This document shows positions 27,483-37,082 of a stretch of 64,000 bases of DNA, in pieces (the first letter of the stretch is position 1; the number at the start of each line of letters is the position of its first letter). Under the pieces are notes generated by a model. It was not told the origin of the DNA. It worked only from the letters and a program-made list of their open reading frames with translations, and made no database searches. The position numbers and the translations under genes are program-made. The stretch is taken from NCBI GenBank assembly GCA_041661005.1, contig JBAZVG010000001.1:543515-607514 (forward strand). The letters are read 5' to 3'. This DNA is from Minisyncoccota bacterium (GTDB taxonomy: Bacteria > Patescibacteriota > Minisyncoccia > Phycocordibacterales > UBA9973).

Positions 27483-28511
27483 CTAATCTTTTTTTCCAAG
27501 CGCTTTTAACACTTTTAAATACATGGCTTCAACTATCTTTTTCTGTTTTTTACCAGTTGTAACATAGTGATCCAACCCCGGAGCGGCGTTAATCTCGATA
27601 ATATAATAACTACAATCTTTAGGATTTTGGGTTATATTTCCCTTTGTGACCATGATGTCCACCCCTGCAATACGTAGCCCCATTTTTTTTGTAAGTTCTA
27701 TGGCAATTTTCTGAAACTTTTTATGAATTACGTCAGTAACATCAACAGAATCTCCACCAGTGGACAGATTTGCGTTATCCAGTAGAAATATTTGCTGGTT
27801 TTTTTTGAGGATACTTTTAAAACTTAAAGTTTGTCTTGCCAATTTGTTTTTAATTCTTTCGTCAGAAAAATTTATTTTTGTATCTCGCTTATCAAAAATA
27901 AAATTCCTTTGTTTTTGTTTCAAAAGTGAAAGTACCGAACTTTTTCCATCTCCAGTAACAGAAAGTGGTATTCGTTCATAAGCAGAAATTATTTTTTCAT
28001 CGAGAACCACGATGCGATAATCGAGCCCCGGTAAATATCGCTCAATAATCGCTATTTTATCTGTCTTGAAAATTTCCAGCAGTACTCGCTTCAACTCTTT
28101 ATCATTCCAAACAAGAGCCACACCGGAACCTTGGCTCTGGCTATTTGGCTTTGCTATAACTGGATATCCTAAATGTTTCGCATATTTTATCCCTGACAAA
28201 ATTGTGCGATTGCTTTTTATGGCTTTAGCCCAGGAATCTTTAAAAAAAGTCCGTCCTTTCGCTACCGGATACCCGAGCTTTTTCATGAAAAATTTGGCGT
28301 AATCTTTATCTTTAGCAATATCCGCTGAAGCGACATGATTCAAGTCCAAAGAATAAAAACGCAATGACCTAGTGATGCCATTTGGATAAATTATTTGAGC
28401 TACGACTCCCCATTCCGGCTCGATCACAATCTTTGCGCCAATTTTCGGCGCAAGTTTTTTTAGAAGATTAGTCAAATACGGAAAAGATGGTTTTTTATTT
28501 CTTTTTTTCAT
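27483..28511 (-). CDS. ATP-grasp ligase, RimK/CofF/cyanophycin-synthetase-like
   Basis: 342 aa with ...NLSTGGDSVDVT...GVDIMV...YIIEINAAPGLD, which is comparable to RimK SNLHRGG...VDIL...MEVNASPGL. Overlaps the upstream cofE-like gene by 17 nt. Confidence 0.55.
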   Translation of the reverse strand: MKKRNKKPSFPYLTNLLKKLAPKIGAKIVIEPEWGVVAQIIYPNGITRSLRFYSLDLNHVASADIAKDKDYAKFFMKKLGYPVAKGRTFFKDSWAKAIKSNRTILSGIKYAKHLGYPVIAKPNSQSQGSGVALVWNDKELKRVLLEIFKTDKIAIIERYLPGLDYRIVVLDEKIISAYERIPLSVTGDGKSSVLSLLKQKQRNFIFDKRDTKINFSDERIKNKLARQTLSFKSILKKNQQIFLLDNANLSTGGDSVDVTDVIHKKFQKIAIELTKKMGLRIAGVDIMVTKGNITQNPKDCSYYIIEINAAPGLDHYVTTGKKQKKIVEAMYLKVLKALGKKD

Positions 28512-29217
28512 CTTTTATGATTTTTAAATTGGAAAAAAGCGGGGCATAAATATCTTTACTTGGATTAATGACAAGCTCTCCTCGTTTTATCTTATTAGTA
28601 AAAGTCACTGGCGCATTAGAAATGACCGCGAGGGGTTGCTTTTCTTTTCCCTCACCCATGCAAAGCACCGCAGATGTGGCCAAGCTATCTGCGATATCAG
28701 TCTTAGACATTTTCAAAACCCTGCCAAAAATATCTTTAGCGCCTACATAGTTTCGAATACCCTCAAATCCAGCGTAACTCAACGCCACACCCACAACCCC
28801 TGCGCGAAGTGGCATAAGTCTTGAGTCTGTTATTAAAACTCCTAGATTTTTTAAGTGAAAATGTCGCATTAATTTTCGACGTAAAACCTCTGCGCTTTTA
28901 AAACTATTTTTAGGCAAAAGAATTAGCTTCCCATCGGCATTAGACTCATCAATGCCAGCATTCGCCATCACTATGCCATTTTTAATGGAAAGCCAGACAA
29001 GTTTAGTCTTTAAGGCAAAATCACTTTCTTGTTTTATTAGAGCGACTTTTTGCTTTTCATTTTTATAGTCTACAGTCCTTCCCTCGGCAAGCGCAACAAT
29101 TTTAGAAGTCACGACTAAAACAGATTTCTCAGGAATTTTTTTAACGTATTTTAAAATAAATTGGAGCAAGTTTTCGTCTTTCCGAAATATTCTAGTTTTG
29201 ATTGCTTTGATTTGCAT
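28495..29217 (-). CDS. CofE-family gamma-glutamyl ligase-like protein (F420-0:gamma-glutamyl ligase family)
   Basis: 240 aa with VLVVTSKIVALAEGR and IVMANAGIDESN, the two hallmark CofE/FbiB-N motifs. No other F420 genes in the window. Confidence 0.6.
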   Translation of the reverse strand: MQIKAIKTRIFRKDENLLQFILKYVKKIPEKSVLVVTSKIVALAEGRTVDYKNEKQKVALIKQESDFALKTKLVWLSIKNGIVMANAGIDESNADGKLILLPKNSFKSAEVLRRKLMRHFHLKNLGVLITDSRLMPLRAGVVGVALSYAGFEGIRNYVGAKDIFGRVLKMSKTDIADSLATSAVLCMGEGKEKQPLAVISNAPVTFTNKIKRGELVINPSKDIYAPLFSNLKIIKDEKKK

Positions 29218-29854
29218 TTGGATTACCTCTAAGGAGTTTAATACCTAAATATGAGAGCGGAGTGTAAAACAAGCCCATCAAAACTTTATACAGCCACCAA
29301 GTAATAATGATACTGATTAAGGTTTTTGTCTCATAAATCCCGGCGAAAGCAATTAACATAAACAAGGCACTGTCGAGCAGCTGCGACCAAAGATTTGATA
29401 AGAGTGAGCGCAACCAGAAAAATTTAGGTCCTAATTTTTCTCGAACAAAGAAGAAAGTAAACACATCTTGATATTCAGCCACGATAAATGCTACGAGAGA
29501 TGCTAAAGCCATTCGGCCAGAAATACCAAAAATAAGGTTGTAACCTTCTTTTGCCCAAAGTCCCTGCTCTGCCCAAGGCAACCATAATGACAATAAAGAA
29601 TACAGAATAAATAAAGCGGTGCTGATAAAACCGGCCCTCACGAATAACTTTGCTAAACGCTTGCCGTAAACTTCTCCGATTACGTCAGTCATCAAAAATA
29701 CTATCGGGAATGAAAACACGGCCACGGACAAATGCGATCCAAACAGAAAAGGCATAATTTTTAAGCCTAAAGTATTCGCCGCAAAAAGAGAAGTAAGATA
29801 AAGGGTCAAACAAATAAGGATTTTCTTATAATCTCTTTCAGTAAGTGTTTGCAT
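29192..29854 (-). CDS. VUT/DUF165-family transporter (YhhQ-like putative queuosine-precursor or vitamin transporter)
   Basis: 220 aa with six predicted TM helices. Length and topology resemble YhhQ-type proteins. Assignment is from memory of the family and is moderate. Confidence 0.45.
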   Translation of the reverse strand: MQTLTERDYKKILICLTLYLTSLFAANTLGLKIMPFLFGSHLSVAVFSFPIVFLMTDVIGEVYGKRLAKLFVRAGFISTALFILYSLLSLWLPWAEQGLWAKEGYNLIFGISGRMALASLVAFIVAEYQDVFTFFFVREKLGPKFFWLRSLLSNLWSQLLDSALFMLIAFAGIYETKTLISIIITWWLYKVLMGLFYTPLSYLGIKLLRGNPNANQSNQN

Positions 29855-29869
29855 ATTTTATCGTAAAAA

Positions 29870-30295
29870 TTATCCCTTTACCTCAATGCCCATTGAGCGA
29901 GCCGAGCCAGCGATGATATTTATAGCACCCTCATCATCTTTGGCATTCAAGTCGCCTCTTTTTTTATTCGCAATTTCCAGAGCTTGCGCGCGGGTAATCT
30001 TTCCAGCTTTTGTGGCAACATTTTTACCTGATCCCTTTTCCACTCCGGCAGCTTTCAAAATAAGCCCAGTTGCAGGCGGAGTCTTTACTACGAAATCATA
30101 GCTACGATCTTCATAAACAGTAATAGAAACACCGACTTTATCCCCCGCCATTTTAGCAGTAGCCGCATTGAATTTAGTAACGAAGTCGCCGATGTTTATC
30201 CCCGCTTGTCCAAGAGCCGGCCCTAGTGGTGGCGCCGGAGTAGCTTTGGCAGCCTGAATTTGTAATTTTATTTTTTTTGTAATTTTCTTCGCCAT
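29870..30295 (-). CDS. rplK: 50S ribosomal protein L11
   Basis: 141 aa with [35 protein letters not shown]..., canonical L11. Not followed by rplA. Confidence 0.95.
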   Translation of the reverse strand: MAKKITKKIKLQIQAAKATPAPPLGPALGQAGINIGDFVTKFNAATAKMAGDKVGVSITVYEDRSYDFVVKTPPATGLILKAAGVEKGSGKNVATKAGKITRAQALEIANKKRGDLNAKDDEGAINIIAGSARSMGIEVKG

Positions 30296-30317
30296 ATGTT
30301 TATTAGGTTAGATTAGC

Positions 30318-30860
30318 TTATATTTTCTTAACTTGCAAGAAATCCAGTTCGACCGGGGTTTCGCGACCAAACATTGAAACAAGCACCTTGACCTTCCCGC
30401 GTTCCTCGTCGACAGAATTCACTTTTCCTTCAAGATCTTTGAACGGACCATCGGTAATCAAAATACTTTCGCCAATAACCATATCGATATTGTGTCTTGT
30501 CGTACCGGCATCCATTTTCTTGAAAAGATAATCAACTTCTTCTTTTTTGAGAGGCACCGGATTCACTCCTGCGCCAACAAAACCAGTAACTCTGGGGGTA
30601 TTCCTAACAACATACCAAGAATCATCCGTCACGATCATATCAACTAATACGTAACCCGGATAAATCTTTTCTTCCACTTCCACTCTCTTGCCTCCCTTTA
30701 TTTTTATCTTCTTTTCAATAGGAACGATGACATTAAAAATCTTGTCATGCATACCCAAAGAATCTATGCGTTGTTTTAAGTTACGCAGAACAACGTTTTC
30801 ATATCCGGCATAAGTATGGATAGCATACCAATTTCTAGATCCTTGTTCTTCTTGTTTCAT
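30318..30860 (-). CDS. nusG: Transcription termination/antitermination factor NusG
   Basis: 180 aa with NGN domain (WYAIHTYAGYENVV) and C-terminal KOW. Confidence 0.9.
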   Translation of the reverse strand: MKQEEQGSRNWYAIHTYAGYENVVLRNLKQRIDSLGMHDKIFNVIVPIEKKIKIKGGKRVEVEEKIYPGYVLVDMIVTDDSWYVVRNTPRVTGFVGAGVNPVPLKKEEVDYLFKKMDAGTTRHNIDMVIGESILITDGPFKDLEGKVNSVDEERGKVKVLVSMFGRETPVELDFLQVKKI

Positions 30861-30876
30861 GGTAAATTTTTAAAAA

Positions 30877-31062
30877 TTACAGCAAAATTATTTTTTCCAA
30901 ACCTTTTGAAAAAATAAAATCGAAAATACCCAAATAATACGCTACGATGACAGACAAGACTATGACAATCAAAGTATAATAAAAGGTTTGGCTCCTGTTT
31001 GGCCAAATCACGTGCTTCAATTCTGTCTTTGTTTCTTTAAAATATTCAGTAATTTTTGACAT
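30877..31062 (-). CDS. secE: Preprotein translocase subunit SecE
   Basis: 61 aa, single TM helix, located upstream of nusG. Confidence 0.75.
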   Translation of the reverse strand: MSKITEYFKETKTELKHVIWPNRSQTFYYTLIVIVLSVIVAYYLGIFDFIFSKGLEKIILL

Positions 31063-31140
31063 CCCATTAGAAAATTAAAATAATAAACTTCAACTTTTTT
31101 ACAAGTTCCCTGATTTTCTAACGGGACAAGTAAATTCTTT
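31063..31140 (-). promoter_or_regulatory. Conserved ~75-nt promoter/5'UTR block shared by secE and ruvX
   Basis: Minus strand reads TACTTGTCCCGTTAGAAAATCAGGGAACTTGTAAAAAA...TTATTATTTTAATTTTCTAATGGG-ATG. The ruvX upstream reads TACTTGTCCCGTTAAAAAATCAGCGGACATGTGGAAAG...TTATTATTTTAATTTTTTAATAGG-ATG. Confidence 0.5.
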
Positions 31141-31274
31141 TAAAAAAGCCCCTCGGAGGGCTATTTCAATAATACTCCTTTTCTCTGAAATAGTCAAACA
31201 ATCAAAAAAGATGCCAGCCATGGAGATTCCTGCGACATCTTTTTTGATTTATATAGATTATAAATTATTTCGTA

Positions 31275-31991
31275 TTATTCTCTGTGAGAAATCTCTTCGC
31301 TGACTTTCGCAATAAACTTCGCAGCCGCATCGCGTCCACCCAAGCCAAAAGCGAGAGCGCCACCGATCGAAAGCATCGCTATAATTCCAGTGAAAAGCAC
31401 ATTCATGTAGTAATCAGCAACTCCGAGCTGACCTAGAGCTATGATGAATGCAAAGATCCAGACAGCATACTTAGCTATAGTAGCAAATAGGTTTGCTGTA
31501 GAAAGACCCATACCCATTGCTCCAGCTTTGACTGTCTTTGAAATACCTTCTGATACAAAAGCCGCAATGATCAAGATAAGCGCAGCAATAACAACTTTGA
31601 CCAAGTATACGAGCACAGCATCCTTCAAGAAAGAAGTGACTGCATTAGTACCTATATTTGGATCGACTGGTAAAACCAAACTAAGTGAAGCAATAAGGAA
31701 AACGATAATTACAAACCATTTGACCACTTCACCAATGAAATACCCAGAATTTAGATTCATTCCAGCTCTTCTAAAAAAACCTTCCACTCCGACAGATTTC
31801 AAAAGGTTATCTATCTTCAGAGTACTGAAAACTTGCGCTAGGGCCTTAGCGATAATATTGCCCAAAACCCAACCTATCACAAAAAACACGATTGCAATTA
31901 CAAGCTTCGGGGCAAATTGAATAAAACCCCACCACAACTCTTGAAGCGATGAATTAAAAACATCACCCCATGTAAGCCAAATATTACTCAT
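31275..31991 (-). CDS. Hypothetical polytopic membrane protein
   Basis: 238 aa with five or six hydrophobic helices. No confident family assignment. Confidence 0.5.
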   Translation of the reverse strand: MSNIWLTWGDVFNSSLQELWWGFIQFAPKLVIAIVFFVIGWVLGNIIAKALAQVFSTLKIDNLLKSVGVEGFFRRAGMNLNSGYFIGEVVKWFVIIVFLIASLSLVLPVDPNIGTNAVTSFLKDAVLVYLVKVVIAALILIIAAFVSEGISKTVKAGAMGMGLSTANLFATIAKYAVWIFAFIIALGQLGVADYYMNVLFTGIIAMLSIGGALAFGLGGRDAAAKFIAKVSEEISHRE

Positions 31992-32083
31992 AGTAAATTA
32001 CTAATATTAATAATAAAAACACTTTTTTAAGTTTCGACCTTATTAAAGTTCCTACTCTTATTATACCAAACTCTAATCGCTTT

Positions 32084-32674
32084 CTAGTATTTTTTTAACA
32101 CCTGTGTGGATAACTCTCGAACCTGCAAAAGAACCTCGTGCGGATAATCGAGAATATCTCGAACAAGTTTATCATACATATTTAATCTATAAACAAATTC
32201 CTTTGTATCGAAGACAGCGTAAGTGAGCTCCGCGCCGATTTCGGCTTCAAGCCTTTTAACACCTTCTTCGATCTTGCTTCGTTTCATTTTATCTCCAACG
32301 ATCAACAAATCAACTCTGGAGTCGTTGTTTTTTATAAATACGCCAGAAACAACGAGGAACTTCACTCGTCCAACTCTTTTGAAATTATCCAGAAGCTTTT
32401 GTTTGTTCAAATTATCAGACCGCACTAATAAATCCTCAAATTCTCCCGCATATTTAAAAAGAGAATTAAAATACCATTCCAAAGATGTCCTCGAGTGTTT
32501 TCTGACGAAATTAACAGATTCCAATAGTCTGAGTTCTCGGCGGACAATATCGAGACTGACCCGGCTTCTTTTGGCTATATCCTTGCTTTTAAAACTTTTC
32601 CCTCTATTCAACAAAAACAGTCGCATTATTTTCACTCGCGCTGAGTTACCCAATATTTTCTCTAGAATTTCCAT
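32084..32674 (-). CDS. Hypothetical protein, probable winged-helix regulator N-terminus
   Basis: 196 aa. The N-terminal ~60 aa look like a wHTH (ARVKIMRLFLLNRGKSFKSKDIAKRSRVSLDIVRRELRLLESVNFV). The remainder is unassigned. Confidence 0.4.
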   Translation of the reverse strand: MEILEKILGNSARVKIMRLFLLNRGKSFKSKDIAKRSRVSLDIVRRELRLLESVNFVRKHSRTSLEWYFNSLFKYAGEFEDLLVRSDNLNKQKLLDNFKRVGRVKFLVVSGVFIKNNDSRVDLLIVGDKMKRSKIEEGVKRLEAEIGAELTYAVFDTKEFVYRLNMYDKLVRDILDYPHEVLLQVRELSTQVLKKY

Positions 32675-32719
32675 CCCCTTATTCTATCCCTTTTCCGATA
32701 AAAATCAAGAAAAAACCAC

Positions 32720-32757
32720 TCCAGCACAACGCCAAAGTGGTTTTTTCATTAACAATA
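32720..32757. terminator. Bidirectional intrinsic terminator
   Basis: AAAAAACCACTCCAGCACAACGCCAAAGTGGTTTTTTC. Confidence 0.6.
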
Positions 32758-32766
32758 AAAACAACT

Positions 32767-35700
32767 TTATCTATTTAACAAACTTCTCACCTCGTATCCG
32801 ACAATTCCATCGCTTTTTAATCCATTGTCAGTTTGGAATTTGATGACAGCCTCTTTGACTTTGGCACCGAAGTTTCCATCGACATTTCCAGCGTCATATC
32901 CTGCTCCATTCAAGAATTTCTGAAGCTCTCTGACTTCATTTCCATAAGAACCTTCTTCTAGAAATTGAGTGAAGTGAAAGGAACCTGCGTTAGAAACATT
33001 TCCATCTGTATTCGCCGTTCCGTTTATCGCGGTAGCAACTAGAGACGATGATAGATTGCGAGTGGTCGAACCTGAAGAACAAGTATATAATCTCGGATAA
33101 TCGCCAACGCCTACATTCACCCATTGAGATCCATCGAAACGATAATGATCTCCAGTCGTGGGATTATCACCCTGAACCTTCGAAGTTCCACTGGTATATA
33201 CTTTTCCCGGCACGGCTTGGCACCATTTTGTGGCCGTTCCGGTGTCATTGAAAGGCAAGAGGTCGCCATTTCCAAAATTCACTCGTGGATTGTAATAAAT
33301 ATCTCCTGAAGAGATACTAGTCATCCAACTAATGGACTTTAGATCAAGTGAATTAGTTACCGTCTTGTTAGCACATGCGCCATTTACTGAATACTCTGTA
33401 GAACAGGACATGAGAATGTTTGAAACTTTGCCGTCATCTGCACAGTAACCTTCAGCAACAGAAGTGCAAGAATCTCCGGAACATACTCCTCCATTCGAAG
33501 CAACAGATACATCCCTAAAATATGAACCTAACCCATTAACACGCCCGTCGGCAAGCCCCGCCACGTTTGGATTTCTTCCATCGTCAGAATCGGTGCAGGA
33601 CGATACAGTGGTTGGAGAGGTGATGGTGAAATAATTATTACTTAATCCGATTGCGAGTACGCCGCTTCCCGTCACAGTATCAAAAGCTTCGATACGGAGT
33701 TTGTAATGATTCCCGGCAGGAATCAGGTGTGGCATCGGCGTAGCCAGGGTGATTCTACTTGTTGAGAGCTGAATTGCGGTTGAGACCTGATAATTTAAGT
33801 TTGTATCGGTATTCAAGAGAAAAACGTTGGCTTGTTTGCCGACCAAACCGCTTGGTGTGAAATCAATTCCAATCACATCCGTCGAGCTGAATGTTCCCCC
33901 ATTTGGACTTGTAACGGTGATGGAAGGTTGAGTGGTAGAAACTGGACTAAAACTCACTCCAATAATATGACTCCCTGTAACATTGTAAAACGTATAGGAG
34001 GAGGCGACTGGAACAGTACTGTTATTATCAAGAGTAATAGTACTAACTTTGTAACCAACATTAGGAGTAAAAGTGAAAGTCTTGTTACTTCCAGCCGGAA
34101 CAGTAATATGTCCAGATGGAGAAATCGTTCCACCTTCGCTAGTAGAAGTAATAATCGTGGGTTGCGTTGCTCCAACAGAACAAAGAACATTACTACTTGC
34201 ATTAACATTGTTTAAAGTACAATCATTCCTAGCATTATTTGTACATCCCTGATAAACGCCACTCTTACTGAAACAAACGTTTTCAAACCCTTGATTTTTG
34301 CAAGAATTGTAATAACCTTGCTGGGTCTGTTGAAGGGTAGAACAACTTAGGGTTGAAGTCGTTGGAGAAGTGATGGTGAAAACACCACTTCGAGAAACAA
34401 TTCCATGTGGAATATCACTAATGATAATTTGTGTGTTTGTCATTGCAGTATCTGGTGTCCATGAGTATCGACAAGCATACGTGGCATCACATCTGCTTCC
34501 TGTTCCTTGAAGTTGGCCTGCAGAAATACTTGATACAATTGTCCTGTTACCACCGCTTGTTACATAAGCTATTGAGAATGAATCGTTTATATTACTGATA
34601 TTTGGGTCCAGCCATGTAATTTGATACGGTTGACCAACTACCAAATTTTCTCCACTTGTTGGACTAACGACAGTGATGGAAGGGCTAGTAGAAACAGTTC
34701 CCCTTGGTACTATATTTGATGCTGGAATGCTTATTCTTGCACTAGTGTTATCGGTGAAATTTAACAAGAGATAACCTCCGGCAAATCTCTGACTGCCGGG
34801 ATAACCATAAGCATAGAAACTAAGTCCACCATAAGCGGGAATTTGCCAGCCAATGTTGTCAGTTTGAGTGGCATTGGGTTCACAATTGACTCCGCAGGAT
34901 TGGCTTGTGGTCCATCCTAAAATGTAAAGATATTTACCAACAGGATTGTTGGATGAAGCATCAGTCGCCCAGCCTTCTCCGGAAGTGTTGTGCACAAGTA
35001 CCATTCTCTTGATGGTCTTCGCGCTAGAGCCCGAATTATTTATTTTAACTGCCCATTTCCAATCAGGACCATGAATTCTGCCCCCGATTGAAGTATTCCA
35101 TTTAATCGGATGGTCTTCACTGGCGCTTACTAATTCTGCGGAGCCGGTGATGTAGGGAGTTTGAGTATTAGTACCAGAAGTGATAGTGATAGTTGAATTG
35201 CTTAAACCACAAGTGTCGGAAGAACTTTGGCAAACTTTAACAGTATAAACTCCATCCGGAACAATCCCACTCAAATAATTACCTACTGTCCAATTGTAAG
35301 AAGAACCTTGAGTATTAGCAATGACATATACAGATCCAGTTGAAATTAGTTCTACTTCATGAGTAGAAATATTGTTTGTATCATTCCAACTAAGAGTTTT
35401 TGTTGTACCTCTCACCCACGTCACTCTCTCATTTGGGCTTGTGACAGTGATAGAAGGTTGGGTTGATGGTGTACCGATAGTAAACGAAATCGAGTTTTGT
35501 GTATTGAACGCAAGAGAGCCGTTTGAATTACGACCTTGTGCAGTTAGTGAATATAGTCCAGGAGGGAAATTGGGAACTGTAAAACTTAAATAAGTACCAA
35601 CTATGGATGCATCTGTATCACCAGATAAAGTTTTTCCAGCAAAGGTGACGGTGTAAGAATATGCACTATGTAAATCAAACATGTACATTGCGACTTTTTC

Positions 35701-36489
35701 ACCTGGCAGAGCATTATTTGTGCCTAAAGAAGTGATAGAAGGTTGAGTGGTATTCCCCACATTCACGCTCAAACTCGTCTGCGCAGTTTGACCAACTGCA
35801 TTTTGAACTGTAAACCTCGGAGTGAATATTCCTGATTTTACATAGCTATGTTGAAAGGTTGCAGACTGTGTCGGAATGTTAAGAACTTGCGAGTTAGAAC
35901 CTGCTTGTATATTAGTAGCTTCATCTCCCCAAAGCACAGAATACATGAGTTCTCCTCCATTTGGACTAGAAGCACGGACACTCCAAGTCCCTTGCTGATT
36001 GACATTCAATGTTTGTGGTCCACTTACTCCGCTGATAACTGGATTATTATTGGTTCCTTCTTCGCAAGACCTGCCGGTAGTAGAACTAAAACCTGTGTTT
36101 GAAGCACAACCTGGCGGAAAATTCGATGAGTTACCGCAAGGTAGACCCGTGGTTATGCTGTATCCGGAATTAGATGTACATCCCGCTGGAAAATTTGTGG
36201 AAACAAGACTATCGCATTTTACCCCAGTGAGCGGACTGTAGCCGGCAGTTGAAGTACAACCTGAGGGAAGCGATGAGTTAATTACTGTATCGCACTTTAC
36301 TCCGGTAAGTGGACTATACCCACGAGTTGAAGTACAACCTGCTGGCAAAGATCTGGTGGACGAAGATCCACTACCTCCACCGGAAGATCCTCTATTTATA
36401 GCTGCCATCTGCGCACTTGCAGAATTAGTAAAACCTAGTAAAGAAAATACTAAAGTAAAAATAAACAAAAACAATATGTATTTTTTCAT
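32767..36489 (-). CDS. Giant cell-surface protein with Cys-motif repeats and a C-terminal peptidoglycan-binding domain
   Basis: Likely start at MKKYILFLFIF (signal/TM). Four ~20-aa repeats xPxGC[TA]S[TN]xG[YF]SxxTGxxC, long beta-rich Thr/Ser-rich regions, and a C-terminal PG_binding_1-like segment (LQKFLNGAGYDAGNVDGNFGAKVKEAVIKFQTDNGLKSDGIVG). Confidence 0.7.
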   Translation of the reverse strand: MKKYILFLFIFTLVFSLLGFTNSASAQMAAINRGSSGGGSGSSSTRSLPAGCTSTRGYSPLTGVKCDTVINSSLPSGCTSTAGYSPLTGVKCDSLVSTNFPAGCTSNSGYSITTGLPCGNSSNFPPGCASNTGFSSTTGRSCEEGTNNNPVISGVSGPQTLNVNQQGTWSVRASSPNGGELMYSVLWGDEATNIQAGSNSQVLNIPTQSATFQHSYVKSGIFTPRFTVQNAVGQTAQTSLSVNVGNTTQPSITSLGTNNALPGEKVAMYMFDLHSAYSYTVTFAGKTLSGDTDASIVGTYLSFTVPNFPPGLYSLTAQGRNSNGSLAFNTQNSISFTIGTPSTQPSITVTSPNERVTWVRGTTKTLSWNDTNNISTHEVELISTGSVYVIANTQGSSYNWTVGNYLSGIVPDGVYTVKVCQSSSDTCGLSNSTITITSGTNTQTPYITGSAELVSASEDHPIKWNTSIGGRIHGPDWKWAVKINNSGSSAKTIKRMVLVHNTSGEGWATDASSNNPVGKYLYILGWTTSQSCGVNCEPNATQTDNIGWQIPAYGGLSFYAYGYPGSQRFAGGYLLLNFTDNTSARISIPASNIVPRGTVSTSPSITVVSPTSGENLVVGQPYQITWLDPNISNINDSFSIAYVTSGGNRTIVSSISAGQLQGTGSRCDATYACRYSWTPDTAMTNTQIIISDIPHGIVSRSGVFTITSPTTSTLSCSTLQQTQQGYYNSCKNQGFENVCFSKSGVYQGCTNNARNDCTLNNVNASSNVLCSVGATQPTIITSTSEGGTISPSGHITVPAGSNKTFTFTPNVGYKVSTITLDNNSTVPVASSYTFYNVTGSHIIGVSFSPVSTTQPSITVTSPNGGTFSSTDVIGIDFTPSGLVGKQANVFLLNTDTNLNYQVSTAIQLSTSRITLATPMPHLIPAGNHYKLRIEAFDTVTGSGVLAIGLSNNYFTITSPTTVSSCTDSDDGRNPNVAGLADGRVNGLGSYFRDVSVASNGGVCSGDSCTSVAEGYCADDGKVSNILMSCSTEYSVNGACANKTVTNSLDLKSISWMTSISSGDIYYNPRVNFGNGDLLPFNDTGTATKWCQAVPGKVYTSGTSKVQGDNPTTGDHYRFDGSQWVNVGVGDYPRLYTCSSGSTTRNLSSSLVATAINGTANTDGNVSNAGSFHFTQFLEEGSYGNEVRELQKFLNGAGYDAGNVDGNFGAKVKEAVIKFQTDNGLKSDGIVGYEVRSLLNR

Positions 36490-36540
36490 ATACCTAAGTA
36501 TACCCACCCCGGGCGAATTTGTTAAATAAGTTATCCACAC

Positions 36541-36577
36541 TAAAAAAACATCAAGGAGTATCTTTGATGTTTTTTTA
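36541..36577. terminator. Bidirectional intrinsic terminator
   Basis: AAAAAAACATCAAGGAGTATCTTTGATGTTTTTTTAG. Confidence 0.6.
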
Positions 36578-36696
36578 GTGCTTCCGGTCGAAAAGTCGAG
36601 TATTTTATTTTAGCTCGACTCTTGCACATAAAATTCTGCTGAATTTTTGTACAAGCCGGCCCTCGATGCCGACGCATCTGTGGACCGAAAATTGAG

Positions 36697-37062
36697 CTAT
36701 TTAAGCTCAATTTTCCCTCCTGCTGCTTCGATTTTTTTCTTTAAATCGTTCGCTTCTTCTTTCTTCATTCCCTCTTTCAAGGTTCCCGGAGCGGCATCAA
36801 CCAAGTCCTTGGCATCTTTCAAACCAAGACCAAGAGTTTCTTTTACGACTTTCATCACAGCTATCTTTTGGTCGCCAGCGGACGCCAAAACAACAGTGTA
36901 AGTGCTTTGTTCTTCGGCTACAGGAGCTGCTCCAGCGCCTCCACCGATAGCGACAGCTGCGGCAGACACTCCAAATTTCTCCTCAATGGCTTTTACAAGC
37001 TCATTGAGCTCCAAAACTGAAGCGCTTTCTAAATCTTTCATAAACCCATCGAATTTTGACAT
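36697..37062 (-). CDS. rplL: 50S ribosomal protein L7/L12
   Basis: Internal start [38 protein letters not shown]...[22 protein letters not shown]...[21 protein letters not shown]. The ORF-track upstream extension overlaps repeat A2. Confidence 0.9.
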   Translation of the reverse strand: MSKFDGFMKDLESASVLELNELVKAIEEKFGVSAAAVAIGGGAGAAPVAEEQSTYTVVLASAGDQKIAVMKVVKETLGLGLKDAKDLVDAAPGTLKEGMKKEEANDLKKKIEAAGGKIELK

Positions 37063-37082
37063 AATATTTTTGTTTAAAAATA

